From Eubacteriales bacterium (GTDB taxonomy: Bacteria; Bacillota; Clostridia; Oscillospirales; CAG-382): a stretch of DNA of 34,559 bases. The notes below the pieces were generated by a model. That model did no database searches, was not told the DNA's origin, and saw only the letters and a program-made list of their open reading frames with translations. Shown here in pieces: positions 1 through 8,106 of this stretch. Location: the NCBI GenBank assembly GCA_045535415.1, contig JAZSLO010000005.1, forward strand, positions 1 to 34,559. Direction: 5' to 3'. The position numbers were made by a program, and so were the translations under genes. Positions within the stretch are counted from its first letter, which is position 1. Each line of letters begins with the position of its first letter.

Positions 1-60
1 GAATAAGATTAAAATAAAAAAGAGCAGAAATTTCTGCTCTTTTTTATTTTAATCTTATTC
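1..60. terminator. Perfect 60-nt palindrome (30+30, no spacer) with a bidirectional intrinsic-terminator core
   Basis: Positions 1-30 are the exact reverse complement of 31-60. The core is GAGCAGAAA/TTTCTGCTC flanked by an A-run and a T-run. It overlaps the TAA stop (55-57) of the Na/Pi transporter gene. The left arm is cut by the window edge, so the true length is unknown. Confidence 0.6.
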
Positions 61-1815
61 AGCAAGTGCGTATTTTTCCTTGTAGCTTTCGTACATATCC
101 TCGAAAGCTTTCTGACCGCCATGCTTTACCTGATTGAGATACTCATGTGCTTCATACACATCAGTTGCAATTTCAATAAAGCATACTGCGATATTTGAAC
201 AGTGGTCGGAAACTCTTTCGTAGTTTGTTAAAAGGTCTGAAAGAATAAATCCAAGTTCCATTGTACAGTCGCCCTGACGAAGTCTTGTAATGTGCCCTGC
301 CTTTATCTTTCTCTTGAGTCTGTCTATTACCTGTTCCAAAGGCTCAACACTTGTTGCAAGCGTAATATCATCATTAATAAGTGCGCCGTTTGCAAGACTT
401 AAAATTTCAGAAACCGCGGCAGTTATTACCCTAATATCAGACTTTGCCTTATCAGAGAATGTGATTTCTTTATCATATATTTCCTTTGCAGCCTCTGCAA
501 TATTGAGTGCGTGGTCGGATATTCTCTCAAGGTCTCCGATACAGTGCAAGAGTTCTGTTACAACTTTGGAATCTTTTGCAGACATCTGACTTGCAGCAAT
601 TTTTACAAGGTACGAACTTGTCTTATCCTCATACTTATCCGCAAGCGATTCAAGTCGCTGGATTTCGGAAAATTCAGCCTCATCAAAATTATCAAGAAGT
701 TTTGTTGCTCTGTTGAATGTATCTTCACAAATCTTTGCCATATCGCAAACAAGGTCCTTACACTTTTCAACAGCAAATGAGGGCATATCAAGGAATCTTT
801 CATCAAGAACAGCGAATACATCCGCTTCCTTTTCTTCTCTCTTGCTTTTGACAGTCTTGACAGCCAGTTTTTCAAAGAGTGAACAGAAAGGAATGAGGAT
901 TACTGTTGAAATTATATTAAAGAGCGTATGAGCAAACGCAATGCCAAGAGCTGTTGCGTCATGTGTCATAAATTCAAACGGTGCGAACACATTTATGATA
1001 TAAAATCCGCCTGTAACCACGACAACGCCTATCATTTTGATATAAAGACACGACATTGCAACACGCTTTGCGTTGATATTACCGCTGATTGCTGAAATAA
1101 TAGGTGTAATTGTTGTACCAATATTCATACCAAGAAGCAGCGGAAGCGCTACTGAATAATCAAGCGTAACTCCTGAGGTTGCAAGAGCGATAAGTACACC
1201 GACAGATGCACTTGATGACTGGATAATTGCAGTGAAAATTGTACCAACAATAATTCCCATAACAGGATTTTTAAACATTGTAAGCATTGAGTCAAAACTG
1301 CCTTTAAGTTGTGAAACAGAGTCACTCATTGCTTCCATACCAAACATTAAAATAGCAAAGCCTATAAGCATTGTACCCGTATTTCTCTTTTTATCGGTCT
1401 TTGCTGTCATAATAATTATAAGACCTATAAGTGCAAGAACAGGTGTGAAAGAATCGGGTTTGAGAAGTTTAAGAATAACTCCTGCGGTTTCGGGAATATC
1501 CGTTGTTGAAAGAAGCCAGGCTGTAACAGTTGTACCAATATTGGCACCCATTATAATACTGATTGTCTGACCGAGTTTCATAAGTCCAGAGTTTACAAAA
1601 CCAACAAGCATTACAGTTGTTGCGCTTGACGACTGGATAACTGCAGTTACACCAAGTCCAAGCAAAAGTCCCTTCAACCTTGAAGATGTAAGTCTGGCGA
1701 GAATTGACTCGAGTTTTCCGCCTGCAAGCTTCTTTAAGCTGTCGCCCATAAGGTCCATACCGTAAAGAAACAGTGCAAGACCGCCGATTAGTGCTAAAAT
1801 TTCAAAAATTCCCAT
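55..1815 (-). CDS. Na/Pi cotransporter family protein with C-terminal PhoU-like domain
   Basis: 586-aa ORF. It has a multi-TM N-terminal half with duplicated GANIGTTVTA / GMNIGTTITP motifs. The soluble helical C-terminal half has duplicated ERISDHA / ERVSDHC PhoU-type motifs. ATG is preceded by GGAGGAAAAAA. Confidence 0.9.
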   Translation of the reverse strand: MGIFEILALIGGLALFLYGMDLMGDSLKKLAGGKLESILARLTSSRLKGLLLGLGVTAVIQSSSATTVMLVGFVNSGLMKLGQTISIIMGANIGTTVTAWLLSTTDIPETAGVILKLLKPDSFTPVLALIGLIIIMTAKTDKKRNTGTMLIGFAILMFGMEAMSDSVSQLKGSFDSMLTMFKNPVMGIIVGTIFTAIIQSSSASVGVLIALATSGVTLDYSVALPLLLGMNIGTTITPIISAISGNINAKRVAMSCLYIKMIGVVVVTGGFYIINVFAPFEFMTHDATALGIAFAHTLFNIISTVILIPFCSLFEKLAVKTVKSKREEKEADVFAVLDERFLDMPSFAVEKCKDLVCDMAKICEDTFNRATKLLDNFDEAEFSEIQRLESLADKYEDKTSSYLVKIAASQMSAKDSKVVTELLHCIGDLERISDHALNIAEAAKEIYDKEITFSDKAKSDIRVITAAVSEILSLANGALINDDITLATSVEPLEQVIDRLKRKIKAGHITRLRQGDCTMELGFILSDLLTNYERVSDHCSNIAVCFIEIATDVYEAHEYLNQVKHGGQKAFEDMYESYKEKYALAE

Positions 1816-1930
1816 TTTTTCCTCCGTCTTTATAGAATATAAAATTGAATAAAAACTATTGTTAAAAAAATTTCCAAATTCTCTCGATTATATTCTAACA
1901 CATATTTTAGTCATATTCAACACATTTAGT

Positions 1931-1966
1931 CCAAAAACAAAAAGTACTGACAAATTTCAGTACTTT
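1931..1966 (-). terminator. Rho-independent terminator after the GNAT gene pair
   Basis: 10-bp stem AAAGTACTGA (1941-1950) / TCAGTACTTT (1957-1966) with a 6-nt loop. On the minus strand it is followed by TTTTTGTTTTT. Confidence 0.7.
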
Positions 1967-1990
1967 TCACAAATTTTATTTAGTTTTCCA

Positions 1991-2512
1991 TCAAATTTTC
2001 TTTTCAATTAGCACTAAATTTACATCTTTTATGCCGTTAAATTCGCAAGGGACTACGTCGATTTCTTCATAACCAAGCGTTTTATAGAACTCTCTTGCTC
2101 TTTTATTTTTTTCATTTGTGTCCATACGAAGATATTTTGCACCATTTTCCTTTGCATATTCTTCATAAAATTTTACAAAGGCTTTACCGAATCCGTTTCC
2201 TCGAAGGTCGGGCGACACAACAAGTGTATGAAGTACCATTATTTCATCATTTTCAGCCTCATATTTCCAGGGTGCGCCCTCGTAAACATCAACCTGTATT
2301 TGATTTATAATTGCACTTGCAACGACTCTGCCATCCTTTTCGCCGACAAACAAGTCTCCCCTGTTAAGCGCATCTTTTGCGGTTTTTTGCGTGGGATAAA
2401 CATCTCTTTTCCATCCTGTGTTTATAAGACCGCATTCTTCTGCCGTGTGGGTAAAAGAATACATTATGCACACATGCTTTATATCATCCGGTGTAGCTTT
2501 TCTAATTTGCAT
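1991..2512 (-). CDS. GNAT family N-acetyltransferase
   Basis: 173 aa. Acetyl-CoA binding motif A is LVVSPDLRGNGFGKAFV. ATG is preceded by AAGGAG with an 8-nt spacer. The start lies 1 nt after the stop of the upstream GNAT. Confidence 0.85.
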   Translation of the reverse strand: MQIRKATPDDIKHVCIMYSFTHTAEECGLINTGWKRDVYPTQKTAKDALNRGDLFVGEKDGRVVASAIINQIQVDVYEGAPWKYEAENDEIMVLHTLVVSPDLRGNGFGKAFVKFYEEYAKENGAKYLRMDTNEKNKRAREFYKTLGYEEIDVVPCEFNGIKDVNLVLIEKKI

Positions 2513-2513
2513 T

Positions 2514-2957
2514 TTAATTCTCCTTTTTCATTTCCATATAAGGCAAAACTTCAAAGCCTTGTTTTTTATAAAGTTTTACAGCAACTTCATTTTCCTCTTC
2601 AACTTCAAGTCTGAAAATGCAGTCTTTATACTCATTTTCAATAAATTCAAAGAACTTTGTGCCAATCCCTTTTCCTCTTGCATCTTTTGTAAGATACAAA
2701 TCTTCAATCCAGATACACTTTTTACCGAATTCCGTTGAAAAACTCTTTGCGAGCATTGCGTAGCCGAGAATTCCACCATTATCTTCAAAGACATAACCTT
2801 CAAGATACGGCGAATCACTTATACACTCGTCAATATCGGAATTAAAAATGCCCTCCGAGCCGTTTGTGAAAACTGCGGGTGATGAGTAAAACTCGCTCAT
2901 CATTTTTAAAATTGTTTCTTTGTCACTTTGAGTTATTTTTCTTATTTTTAATTCCAT
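2514..2957 (-). CDS. GNAT family N-acetyltransferase
   Basis: Motif A is LYLTKDARGKGIGTKFF. The ORF track starts at 2963, but the second ATG at 2957 has better spacing to a weak GGGA SD. Start uncertain by 2 codons. Confidence 0.8.
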   Translation of the reverse strand: MELKIRKITQSDKETILKMMSEFYSSPAVFTNGSEGIFNSDIDECISDSPYLEGYVFEDNGGILGYAMLAKSFSTEFGKKCIWIEDLYLTKDARGKGIGTKFFEFIENEYKDCIFRLEVEEENEVAVKLYKKQGFEVLPYMEMKKEN

Positions 2958-2980
2958 AAGCATTCCCGTTAAAACGATAT

Positions 2981-3661
2981 TTATTTGTAATATTCAGAAA
3001 GTATTTCCCAGTATTCCTCTGGTATCTTATAACAGCTTACCAAATATGGTTTTGGAGCACCGTTTGGCTTTCTTGTATCTTCCGATACATATGTTGTTAT
3101 AGCCCATTCTCCATCGACTTTTCCCATATATCCAATAAAGTTTGTAGTTACAGGGCAATTTTCATAAGCAAAATACAAATCTCTCAATCGAACATTTTCA
3201 TCAAAATCATAAATATTATCGGTCAGATACGAAAATGAAGTTGTTTTTTCAGATTCTAATTTTAAAATTGTATCTAAAAATAAAGGATCTGTAATATAAT
3301 TTCCGTTCCATGAAACTGTTGTCAATTTCCCTTGCCTTGGAACAATATAGTCATCCGAAACCAGCAGCGCATCATCTAAAAATCTACGAGCCACAATGAA
3401 AGTGTGAGACGGATCTTCTACGACCTCGTTTATTACCCAGGACAAATCTTTTGACCAGGCAATAGTTTTTCCTTCGGTGTATTCACCGCCTAAGTTAGAA
3501 TATTCTCTTCCATTCCAAGATACAGATTCAAGACATATTTCTTCAGGGCAGTTTTTAAAAAAATAACAAACTTTCCATACTACAAAAGCAACAATAAAAA
3601 TCAAAAGGCATATTAAAGCAATTTTTAAGTATTTCTTCAAACAAACACTTCCTAAAAGCAT
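2981..3661 (-). CDS. Hypothetical single-pass membrane-anchored protein
   Basis: The ORF track extends to 3790, but that extension runs through a terminator hairpin and the preceding gene. The first plausible starts are ATG 3661 (no SD) or TTG 3640, preceded by AGGAAG and giving MKKYLKIALICLLIFIVAFVVW. There is one N-terminal TM helix and then a roughly 200-aa domain with a duplicated VSWNG(R/N) motif. No family recognised. Confidence 0.6.
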   Translation of the reverse strand: MLLGSVCLKKYLKIALICLLIFIVAFVVWKVCYFFKNCPEEICLESVSWNGREYSNLGGEYTEGKTIAWSKDLSWVINEVVEDPSHTFIVARRFLDDALLVSDDYIVPRQGKLTTVSWNGNYITDPLFLDTILKLESEKTTSFSYLTDNIYDFDENVRLRDLYFAYENCPVTTNFIGYMGKVDGEWAITTYVSEDTRKPNGAPKPYLVSCYKIPEEYWEILSEYYK

Positions 3662-3678
3662 ATTTATTGTTTTATAAT

Positions 3679-3707
3679 ATTTTATCACAAAAAACAAAGC
3701 AAGTAAA
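3679..3707 (-). promoter_or_regulatory. Putative sigma-A promoter for the membrane protein-GNAT-GNAT unit
   Basis: Minus strand: -35 TTTACT (3702-3707), 17-nt spacer, TGA-TAAAAT extended -10 (3679-3684 plus TG). Confidence 0.5.
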
Positions 3708-3718
3708 TAGTATGGCAC

Positions 3719-3752
3719 AAAAAAACAGCACCCACATTTGTGAGTGCTGTTT
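3719..3752 (-). terminator. Rho-independent terminator overlapping the stop codon of the 3751-4341 gene
   Basis: 9-bp stem AAACAGCAC (3723-3731) / GTGCTGTTT (3744-3752) with additional inner CACA/TGTG pairing. An A/T run follows on both sides (A-run 3719-3725). Confidence 0.7.
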
Positions 3753-4341
3753 ATTTTTTGATTTTCATACGTGGTGAAATACCAAAACATTTTATAAACA
3801 ATTTTCTCCCTACATAATCTTTCAATTTGTATACATCTTTATTATAATAATCGTCATACACACGATAAAATACATCCCAGTAGCTAATCATTCTTTGATA
3901 ACTCTTACAAGAATTATTCCAGTTATCTCTGCAGAATTCTTTCAAATCATCATTGTTTCTATTTTTAAGTTTTTCATATATTACATCGAGTATCTCCACA
4001 ACGTACTCATCACCAAGCTTTACAATATAGGGAATACACCATTTAGGAAAATCGCAGGAGAGGATTTTCTCAATATATTTTTGCCTTATATAACCATTAC
4101 AACTTCTTGTATATATACAATAAAGCATAAGTTTTTGTGTTTCATCAAGCTTTTCTATGGCATCTTCATCGGGTTCTAAAGAATATATTCTGTAAGGAAT
4201 CTCCATTATTTCATCATTCAAGACATAAAAAACAAAATCACTGCTAACAAATGTGTTGTCAGCAAAAGATTTATCCGGCAAAATTGATAAAACACCGAAT
4301 ACGCTTTCTTTTAATTCAATTGGAAACATTTTTGAAAACAC
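3751..4341 (-). CDS. Hypothetical cytoplasmic protein (no family recognised)
   Basis: 196-aa ORF with a GTG start at 4341 preceded by GAGAGGTGA at a 4-7 nt spacing. The internal ATG at 4329 is too far from the SD. It is rich in Y/W/C, has no TM segment and has no motif I can place. Confidence 0.6.
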   Translation of the reverse strand: MFSKMFPIELKESVFGVLSILPDKSFADNTFVSSDFVFYVLNDEIMEIPYRIYSLEPDEDAIEKLDETQKLMLYCIYTRSCNGYIRQKYIEKILSCDFPKWCIPYIVKLGDEYVVEILDVIYEKLKNRNNDDLKEFCRDNWNNSCKSYQRMISYWDVFYRVYDDYYNKDVYKLKDYVGRKLFIKCFGISPRMKIKK

Positions 4342-4362
4342 AAAATCACCTCTCTTTGATAC

Positions 4363-4394
4363 AAAAATCCCGAAACAATCGTTTCGGGATTTTT
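4363..4394. terminator. Strong terminator after rplM-rpsI
   Basis: Perfect 14-bp stem AAAAATCCCGAAAC / GTTTCGGGATTTTT with loop AATC. It lies 22 nt downstream of the rpsI stop, and the A5/T5 arms make it bidirectional. Confidence 0.8.
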
Positions 4395-4416
4395 GACATA
4401 ACCCATTCGGGAATAA

Positions 4417-4818
4417 TTATCTCTTTGAGAACTGGGGTGCACGACGAGCTGCCTTCAAACCGTACTTCTTTCTTTCCTTCATTCTGGGGTCTCTTGTTAA
4501 GAAACCTGCCTTCTTGAGAGCTGCTCTGAAGTTGGGATCAGCCTGAAGAAGTGCTCTTGCAACACCGTGTCTGATAGCACCTGCCTGGCCGGATACGCCG
4601 CCGCCTGTTACTGTGCACACGATATCAAATGTTCCTTCTGTTGATGTTACGCCAAAGGGCTGACGAACTATGAGCTTGAGTGTTTCAAGACCGAAGTAAT
4701 CGTCAATATCTCTGCCATTGATTGTTATAGCACCGTTTCCTGCAAAAAGACGAACTCTTGCAACTGAGCTCTTTCTTCTGCCTGTGCCGTAAAAATAAGG
4801 TTTTGCACTTGTATACAT
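4417..4818 (-). CDS. rpsI: 30S ribosomal protein S9
   Basis: 133 aa. Motifs are [19 protein letters not shown] and a C-terminal [23 protein letters not shown]. Confidence 0.97.
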   Translation of the reverse strand: MYTSAKPYFYGTGRRKSSVARVRLFAGNGAITINGRDIDDYFGLETLKLIVRQPFGVTSTEGTFDIVCTVTGGGVSGQAGAIRHGVARALLQADPNFRAALKKAGFLTRDPRMKERKKYGLKAARRAPQFSKR

Positions 4819-4841
4819 ATTAAACTTTACTCCTTTCTATA

Positions 4842-5267
4842 TCATTCAAGCACGATAGGCTTCTGAGCCTCGTTCTTGTGCTCTGCACCTGCATATACTT
4901 TAAGTCTTGTAAGGCTCTTTGCTCCGATAGAGTTCTTGGGGAGCATACCCTTAACTGCGAGCTTAACTGCAAGTTCAGGCTTTGTCGCCATAAGTTCTTT
5001 ATACTGAACTTCCTTAAGGCCTCCGATATAGCCGGAGTGATGACGGTAATACTTATTTTCAAGCTTATTACCTGTAAGTACAGCCTTTGCTGCGTTTACG
5101 ATAATAACGAATTCACCACAGTCAACATGAGGTGTGAATTCAGGTCTGTGCTTTCCGCGAAGTATATCAGCGGCTTTAACGGCTGTTTTTCCGAGCGGCA
5201 CATTTGCTGCATCGATTACATACCATTTACGCTCTACTTCATTAGGTTTTGCCATAAATGTAGACAT
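4842..5267 (-). CDS. rplM: 50S ribosomal protein L13
   Basis: 141 aa with KWYVIDA...LGK...A..LRGKH...FTPHVD. GGAGG SD. The gene ends in TGA. Confidence 0.97.
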   Translation of the reverse strand: MSTFMAKPNEVERKWYVIDAANVPLGKTAVKAADILRGKHRPEFTPHVDCGEFVIIVNAAKAVLTGNKLENKYYRHHSGYIGGLKEVQYKELMATKPELAVKLAVKGMLPKNSIGAKSLTRLKVYAGAEHKNEAQKPIVLE

Positions 5268-5310
5268 TTTCTAATCCTCCAAAAATTTATGTTTCTTTTC
5301 AACGCTCACT

Positions 5311-5365
5311 ATTATAACACTTTTCTAAAGTTTGTCAATAGATTTTTGATAAATTTTGATAATTT
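5311..5365 (-). promoter_or_regulatory. Sigma-A promoter of rplM-rpsI with an AT-rich UP-like element
   Basis: Minus strand: -35 TTGACA (5333-5338), 16-nt spacer, TGT-TATAAT (5311-5316). Directly upstream are phased repeats TTTTGATAA at 5344-5352 and 5354-5362 (plus-strand reading). Confidence 0.65.
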
Positions 5366-5443
5366 AAATATATTTCTTTGATTTTCTTTTGTTTTCTCTT
5401 TATTTCTCTCGTTTTTTAATTACGCATTTTACAATTTTGTGTG

Positions 5444-5472
5444 TTGACTGCAACAATAAAACCATATATAAT
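5444..5472 (+). promoter_or_regulatory. Sigma-A promoter of the acyltransferase gene
   Basis: -35 TTGACT (5444-5449), 17-nt spacer, -10 TATAAT (5467-5472). It lies 30 nt upstream of ATG 5502. Confidence 0.65.
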
Positions 5473-5501
5473 TAAAATATCAAAAACAAAGGACGATTCA
5501 A

Positions 5502-6599
5502 ATGAACACAATAACAAAATCTAAAATTAACAAAACAACTTCATCGCGATCGGTTTACATTGACCTTATAAAGACAATTGCAATTATCTGCGTTATTATA
5601 ATTCACACAACCTCACTTTCATTTACCGGCTACCAAATCAACACTGCCAATTACTTCTTCACAGCTTTCTTAAGTTGTGCTGCAAGAATTGCCGTTCCTC
5701 TTTTTGTTATGTGCTCGGGTGCTGTATTTTTAAATATGTCAAAAGAAATACCGACAAAGAAAATATACAAAACCTACATTCCCCGTCTTTTAGCCTCACT
5801 TATAGTCTTTGCGCTTTTTTACGAAGGTATCACAATCTTGTTTTCATATCTTGCAACCGGCGTTTTTGACATAACCATAATTAAAGGTTGCATAAACAAT
5901 CTTCTCACATTCGGGACTCATTTTCATCTTTATTACCTTTACATTATAATTTTCATTTACTGCATTGTCCCGATAATTCGTGTGTATCTAAAAAGTGCTA
6001 CGCAAAAAGATTTGAAATATCTTTTGACTTTTCTCATTATTACGGCATCAATTCTTCCTTTTATGAGATGTTTTTACCCTTTAAACACATATTTCGGCTC
6101 CATGACACTTCAGTATTCTTTGAATCTTACATACGGAATGCTTATGTACTTTATGCTCGGACACTATTTAAATACTTATGAAATATCAAAAAAGACTTCC
6201 AAAATAATTTATATACTCGGTATTCTTGGCGTTCTTGTGACTTTTGGCGGAACAACACTTCATACGCTTAAAAACGGCTTTCTTACCGAAAGTTTTATAA
6301 GTGCAATGACACCCGGCGTTCTTCTGAGTGCCTGTGCGGTGTATATTGCAATCAAAAAATCAAGTGCAAAAATCCAAAGCAAGAAAACAACAAAAATAAT
6401 AACATTCATTTCAAAAAGTTCATTCTGCATTTATTTAATTCATCATTTTTACATAATGATTCTTGAAAAACTCGGACTTTCAATTTTCGCTTTTACTCCG
6501 TTTTTATCTTTACCGCTTGTTATAATACTCACTTTCATCCTTTCGGTTGCCACATACATTGTTCTCTCAAGGGTCCCGTTATTTCGAAAAATTGTTTGA
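5502..6599 (+). CDS. Acyltransferase family 3 (OafA-like) integral membrane protein
   Basis: 365 aa with about 10 predicted TM helices. The N-terminal signature is RSVYIDLIKTIAIICVIIIHT, typical of membrane O-acyltransferases. Confidence 0.8.
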   Translation: MNTITKSKINKTTSSRSVYIDLIKTIAIICVIIIHTTSLSFTGYQINTANYFFTAFLSCAARIAVPLFVMCSGAVFLNMSKEIPTKKIYKTYIPRLLASLIVFALFYEGITILFSYLATGVFDITIIKGCINNLLTFGTHFHLYYLYIIIFIYCIVPIIRVYLKSATQKDLKYLLTFLIITASILPFMRCFYPLNTYFGSMTLQYSLNLTYGMLMYFMLGHYLNTYEISKKTSKIIYILGILGVLVTFGGTTLHTLKNGFLTESFISAMTPGVLLSACAVYIAIKKSSAKIQSKKTTKIITFISKSSFCIYLIHHFYIMILEKLGLSIFAFTPFLSLPLVIILTFILSVATYIVLSRVPLFRKIV

Positions 6600-6624
6600 C
6601 AATTATTTGAAAATATGATAATAT
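6596..6624 (+). promoter_or_regulatory. Sigma-A promoter of the S-component/coaW operon
   Basis: -35 TTGACA (6596-6601, overlapping the upstream TGA stop), 17-nt spacer, TGA-TAATAT extended -10 (6619-6624). The leader is only about 25 nt. Confidence 0.65.
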
Positions 6625-6654
6625 TACTTGAATTAAATTAAAGGAGGAGTACAG

Positions 6655-7236
6655 ATGAGTACTAACATTAAAAAATTTACAACCATTTCCCTTTTATCCG
6701 CAATAATCGCTGTTTTGACGGTTATCTGTACTTTTATAAGATTTGGTCCGTTTTCAATCACTCTTGCACTGACGCCAATTATAATCGGCGCGGCACTTTA
6801 TAACAGAAACACGGGTGCTTTTCTTGGCGGTGTTTTCGGCATAGTTGTTCTTGTCACTGGACTTCTTGGCTGGGACGGCGGAACAGTAAATTTACTGTTT
6901 TCACAAAATGCAATTGCAACTGTTTTGCTTTGCATTGTAAAAGGTGCGGCAGCAGGATATATTGCAGGTATAGTTTACAACGCAGCAAGCAAAAAGAATG
7001 AATTTCTTGCAGTAATTCTCTCATCGATTATTTGTCCTGTTGTAAACACCGGTCTCTTTGTTTTAGGAATGTATGTATTCTTTGTTGACACGCTCAGTGC
7101 CTGGGCAAACGGTGCTAATGTTATTTATTATGTAATATTCGTTCTTACCGGACTTAATTTTATAGTTGAACTTATAACTACTGTTGTTTTATCTTCAGCA
7201 ATTAAGAGAATAATAGCTGTTGCTAAAAAAATGTAA
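6655..7236 (+). CDS. ECF transporter S component (substrate-binding membrane subunit), possibly pantothenate-specific
   Basis: 193 aa with 5-6 TM helices, small and glycine-rich, with an AGGAGG SD. No ECF A/T genes are adjacent. A pantothenate (PanT-like) role is inferred only from coupling to coaW. Confidence 0.65.
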   Translation: MSTNIKKFTTISLLSAIIAVLTVICTFIRFGPFSITLALTPIIIGAALYNRNTGAFLGGVFGIVVLVTGLLGWDGGTVNLLFSQNAIATVLLCIVKGAAAGYIAGIVYNAASKKNEFLAVILSSIICPVVNTGLFVLGMYVFFVDTLSAWANGANVIYYVIFVLTGLNFIVELITTVVLSSAIKRIIAVAKKM

Positions 7237-7251
7237 TTTCGGAGATTTAAA

Positions 7252-8073
7252 ATGAGCTATATTATAGGAATTGATGTTGGCGGAAGCACAACTAAAATTG
7301 TGGCTTTTGAAAACACACAAAATCACAAGATGATATCCCCCTTGCATGTAAAAGCAAGTGACCAGATGGCGTCAATTTACGGCGCATTCGGAAAATTCAC
7401 GGATACAAATTCAATAAAACTTTCTGAAATCGACAAAGTTATGATAACAGGTGTGGGTTCATCGTTTATAAACGAAAACCTTTACGGCATTGAAACAAAA
7501 AAAGTTTCTGAATTTGAATGTGTCGGTCTTGGTGGTTTGTATTTATCTGAAATGCAAAAGGCAATAATTGTCAGTATGGGTACGGGTACTTCCATTGTTC
7601 ACGCTACAAAAGACGGCATTGAATATATGGGCGGAACAGGTGTCGGTGGCGGTACTGTTGTAGGTCTTTCAAGACAAATACTCGGTATTTCCGACATTGA
7701 CCACTTATCAGAACTTGCAACTAATGGTGACATTGAAAACATTGACCTTAGAATCCGCGATATTGCAAATTCGGACATTGGTCTTGCATCATACATGACA
7801 GCGTCAAACTTCGGAAAGCTTTCCGATATGGCAACAAGAGAAGATTTAGCCATTGGTATTCTCAATATGGTTTACGAATCAATTGCTATGCTCTCGGTTT
7901 TTGCCGCAAGAAGCAAGGGTACAAATGATATTGTTCTCACGGGCAATCTTACAACACTCCCCCCTGCAAAACCGATTTTTGAAATTGTTTCAACACTTTT
8001 CAATATGAATTTTACAATTCCCGAAAACGCAGAATACGCAACGGTTATAGGTGCTGCTTTAACTGGGTTTTAA
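7252..8073 (+). CDS. coaW: Type II pantothenate kinase
   Basis: 273 aa with an ASKHA fold. Motifs IGIDVGGSTTKIV, SMGTGTSI, GGTGVGGGTVVGL and TASNFG run parallel to staphylococcal type II PanK. Confidence 0.85.
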   Translation: MSYIIGIDVGGSTTKIVAFENTQNHKMISPLHVKASDQMASIYGAFGKFTDTNSIKLSEIDKVMITGVGSSFINENLYGIETKKVSEFECVGLGGLYLSEMQKAIIVSMGTGTSIVHATKDGIEYMGGTGVGGGTVVGLSRQILGISDIDHLSELATNGDIENIDLRIRDIANSDIGLASYMTASNFGKLSDMATREDLAIGILNMVYESIAMLSVFAARSKGTNDIVLTGNLTTLPPAKPIFEIVSTLFNMNFTIPENAEYATVIGAALTGF

Positions 8074-8106
8074 TTTAATTGAAAATAAATAAGAGGAGGT
8101 ATAACA

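Noticed and set aside
1991-2963. The GNAT pair as a GNAT-toxin/antitoxin (TacT/AtaT-like) module
   Set aside because: No small RHH or HTH antitoxin ORF is adjacent, and both genes are ordinary-length GNATs.
2981-3790. Full 269-aa ORF-track version of the membrane protein, overlapping the 3751-4341 gene
   Set aside because: The first 43 codons run through the terminator hairpin (3723-3752) and the promoter-like element (3679-3707). They encode low-complexity sequence. The plausible starts are 3661 or 3640.
5268-5304. Possible L13 ribosomal-protein leader upstream of rplM
   Set aside because: With the predicted -10 at 5311-5316 the 5' UTR is only about 37 nt, and I could not fold a convincing conserved hairpin. 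This needs a covariance-model scan to settle.
6625-6654. Riboswitch upstream of the ECF S-component
   Set aside because: The predicted leader is about 25 nt and contains only the SD, which is too short for any known vitamin riboswitch.
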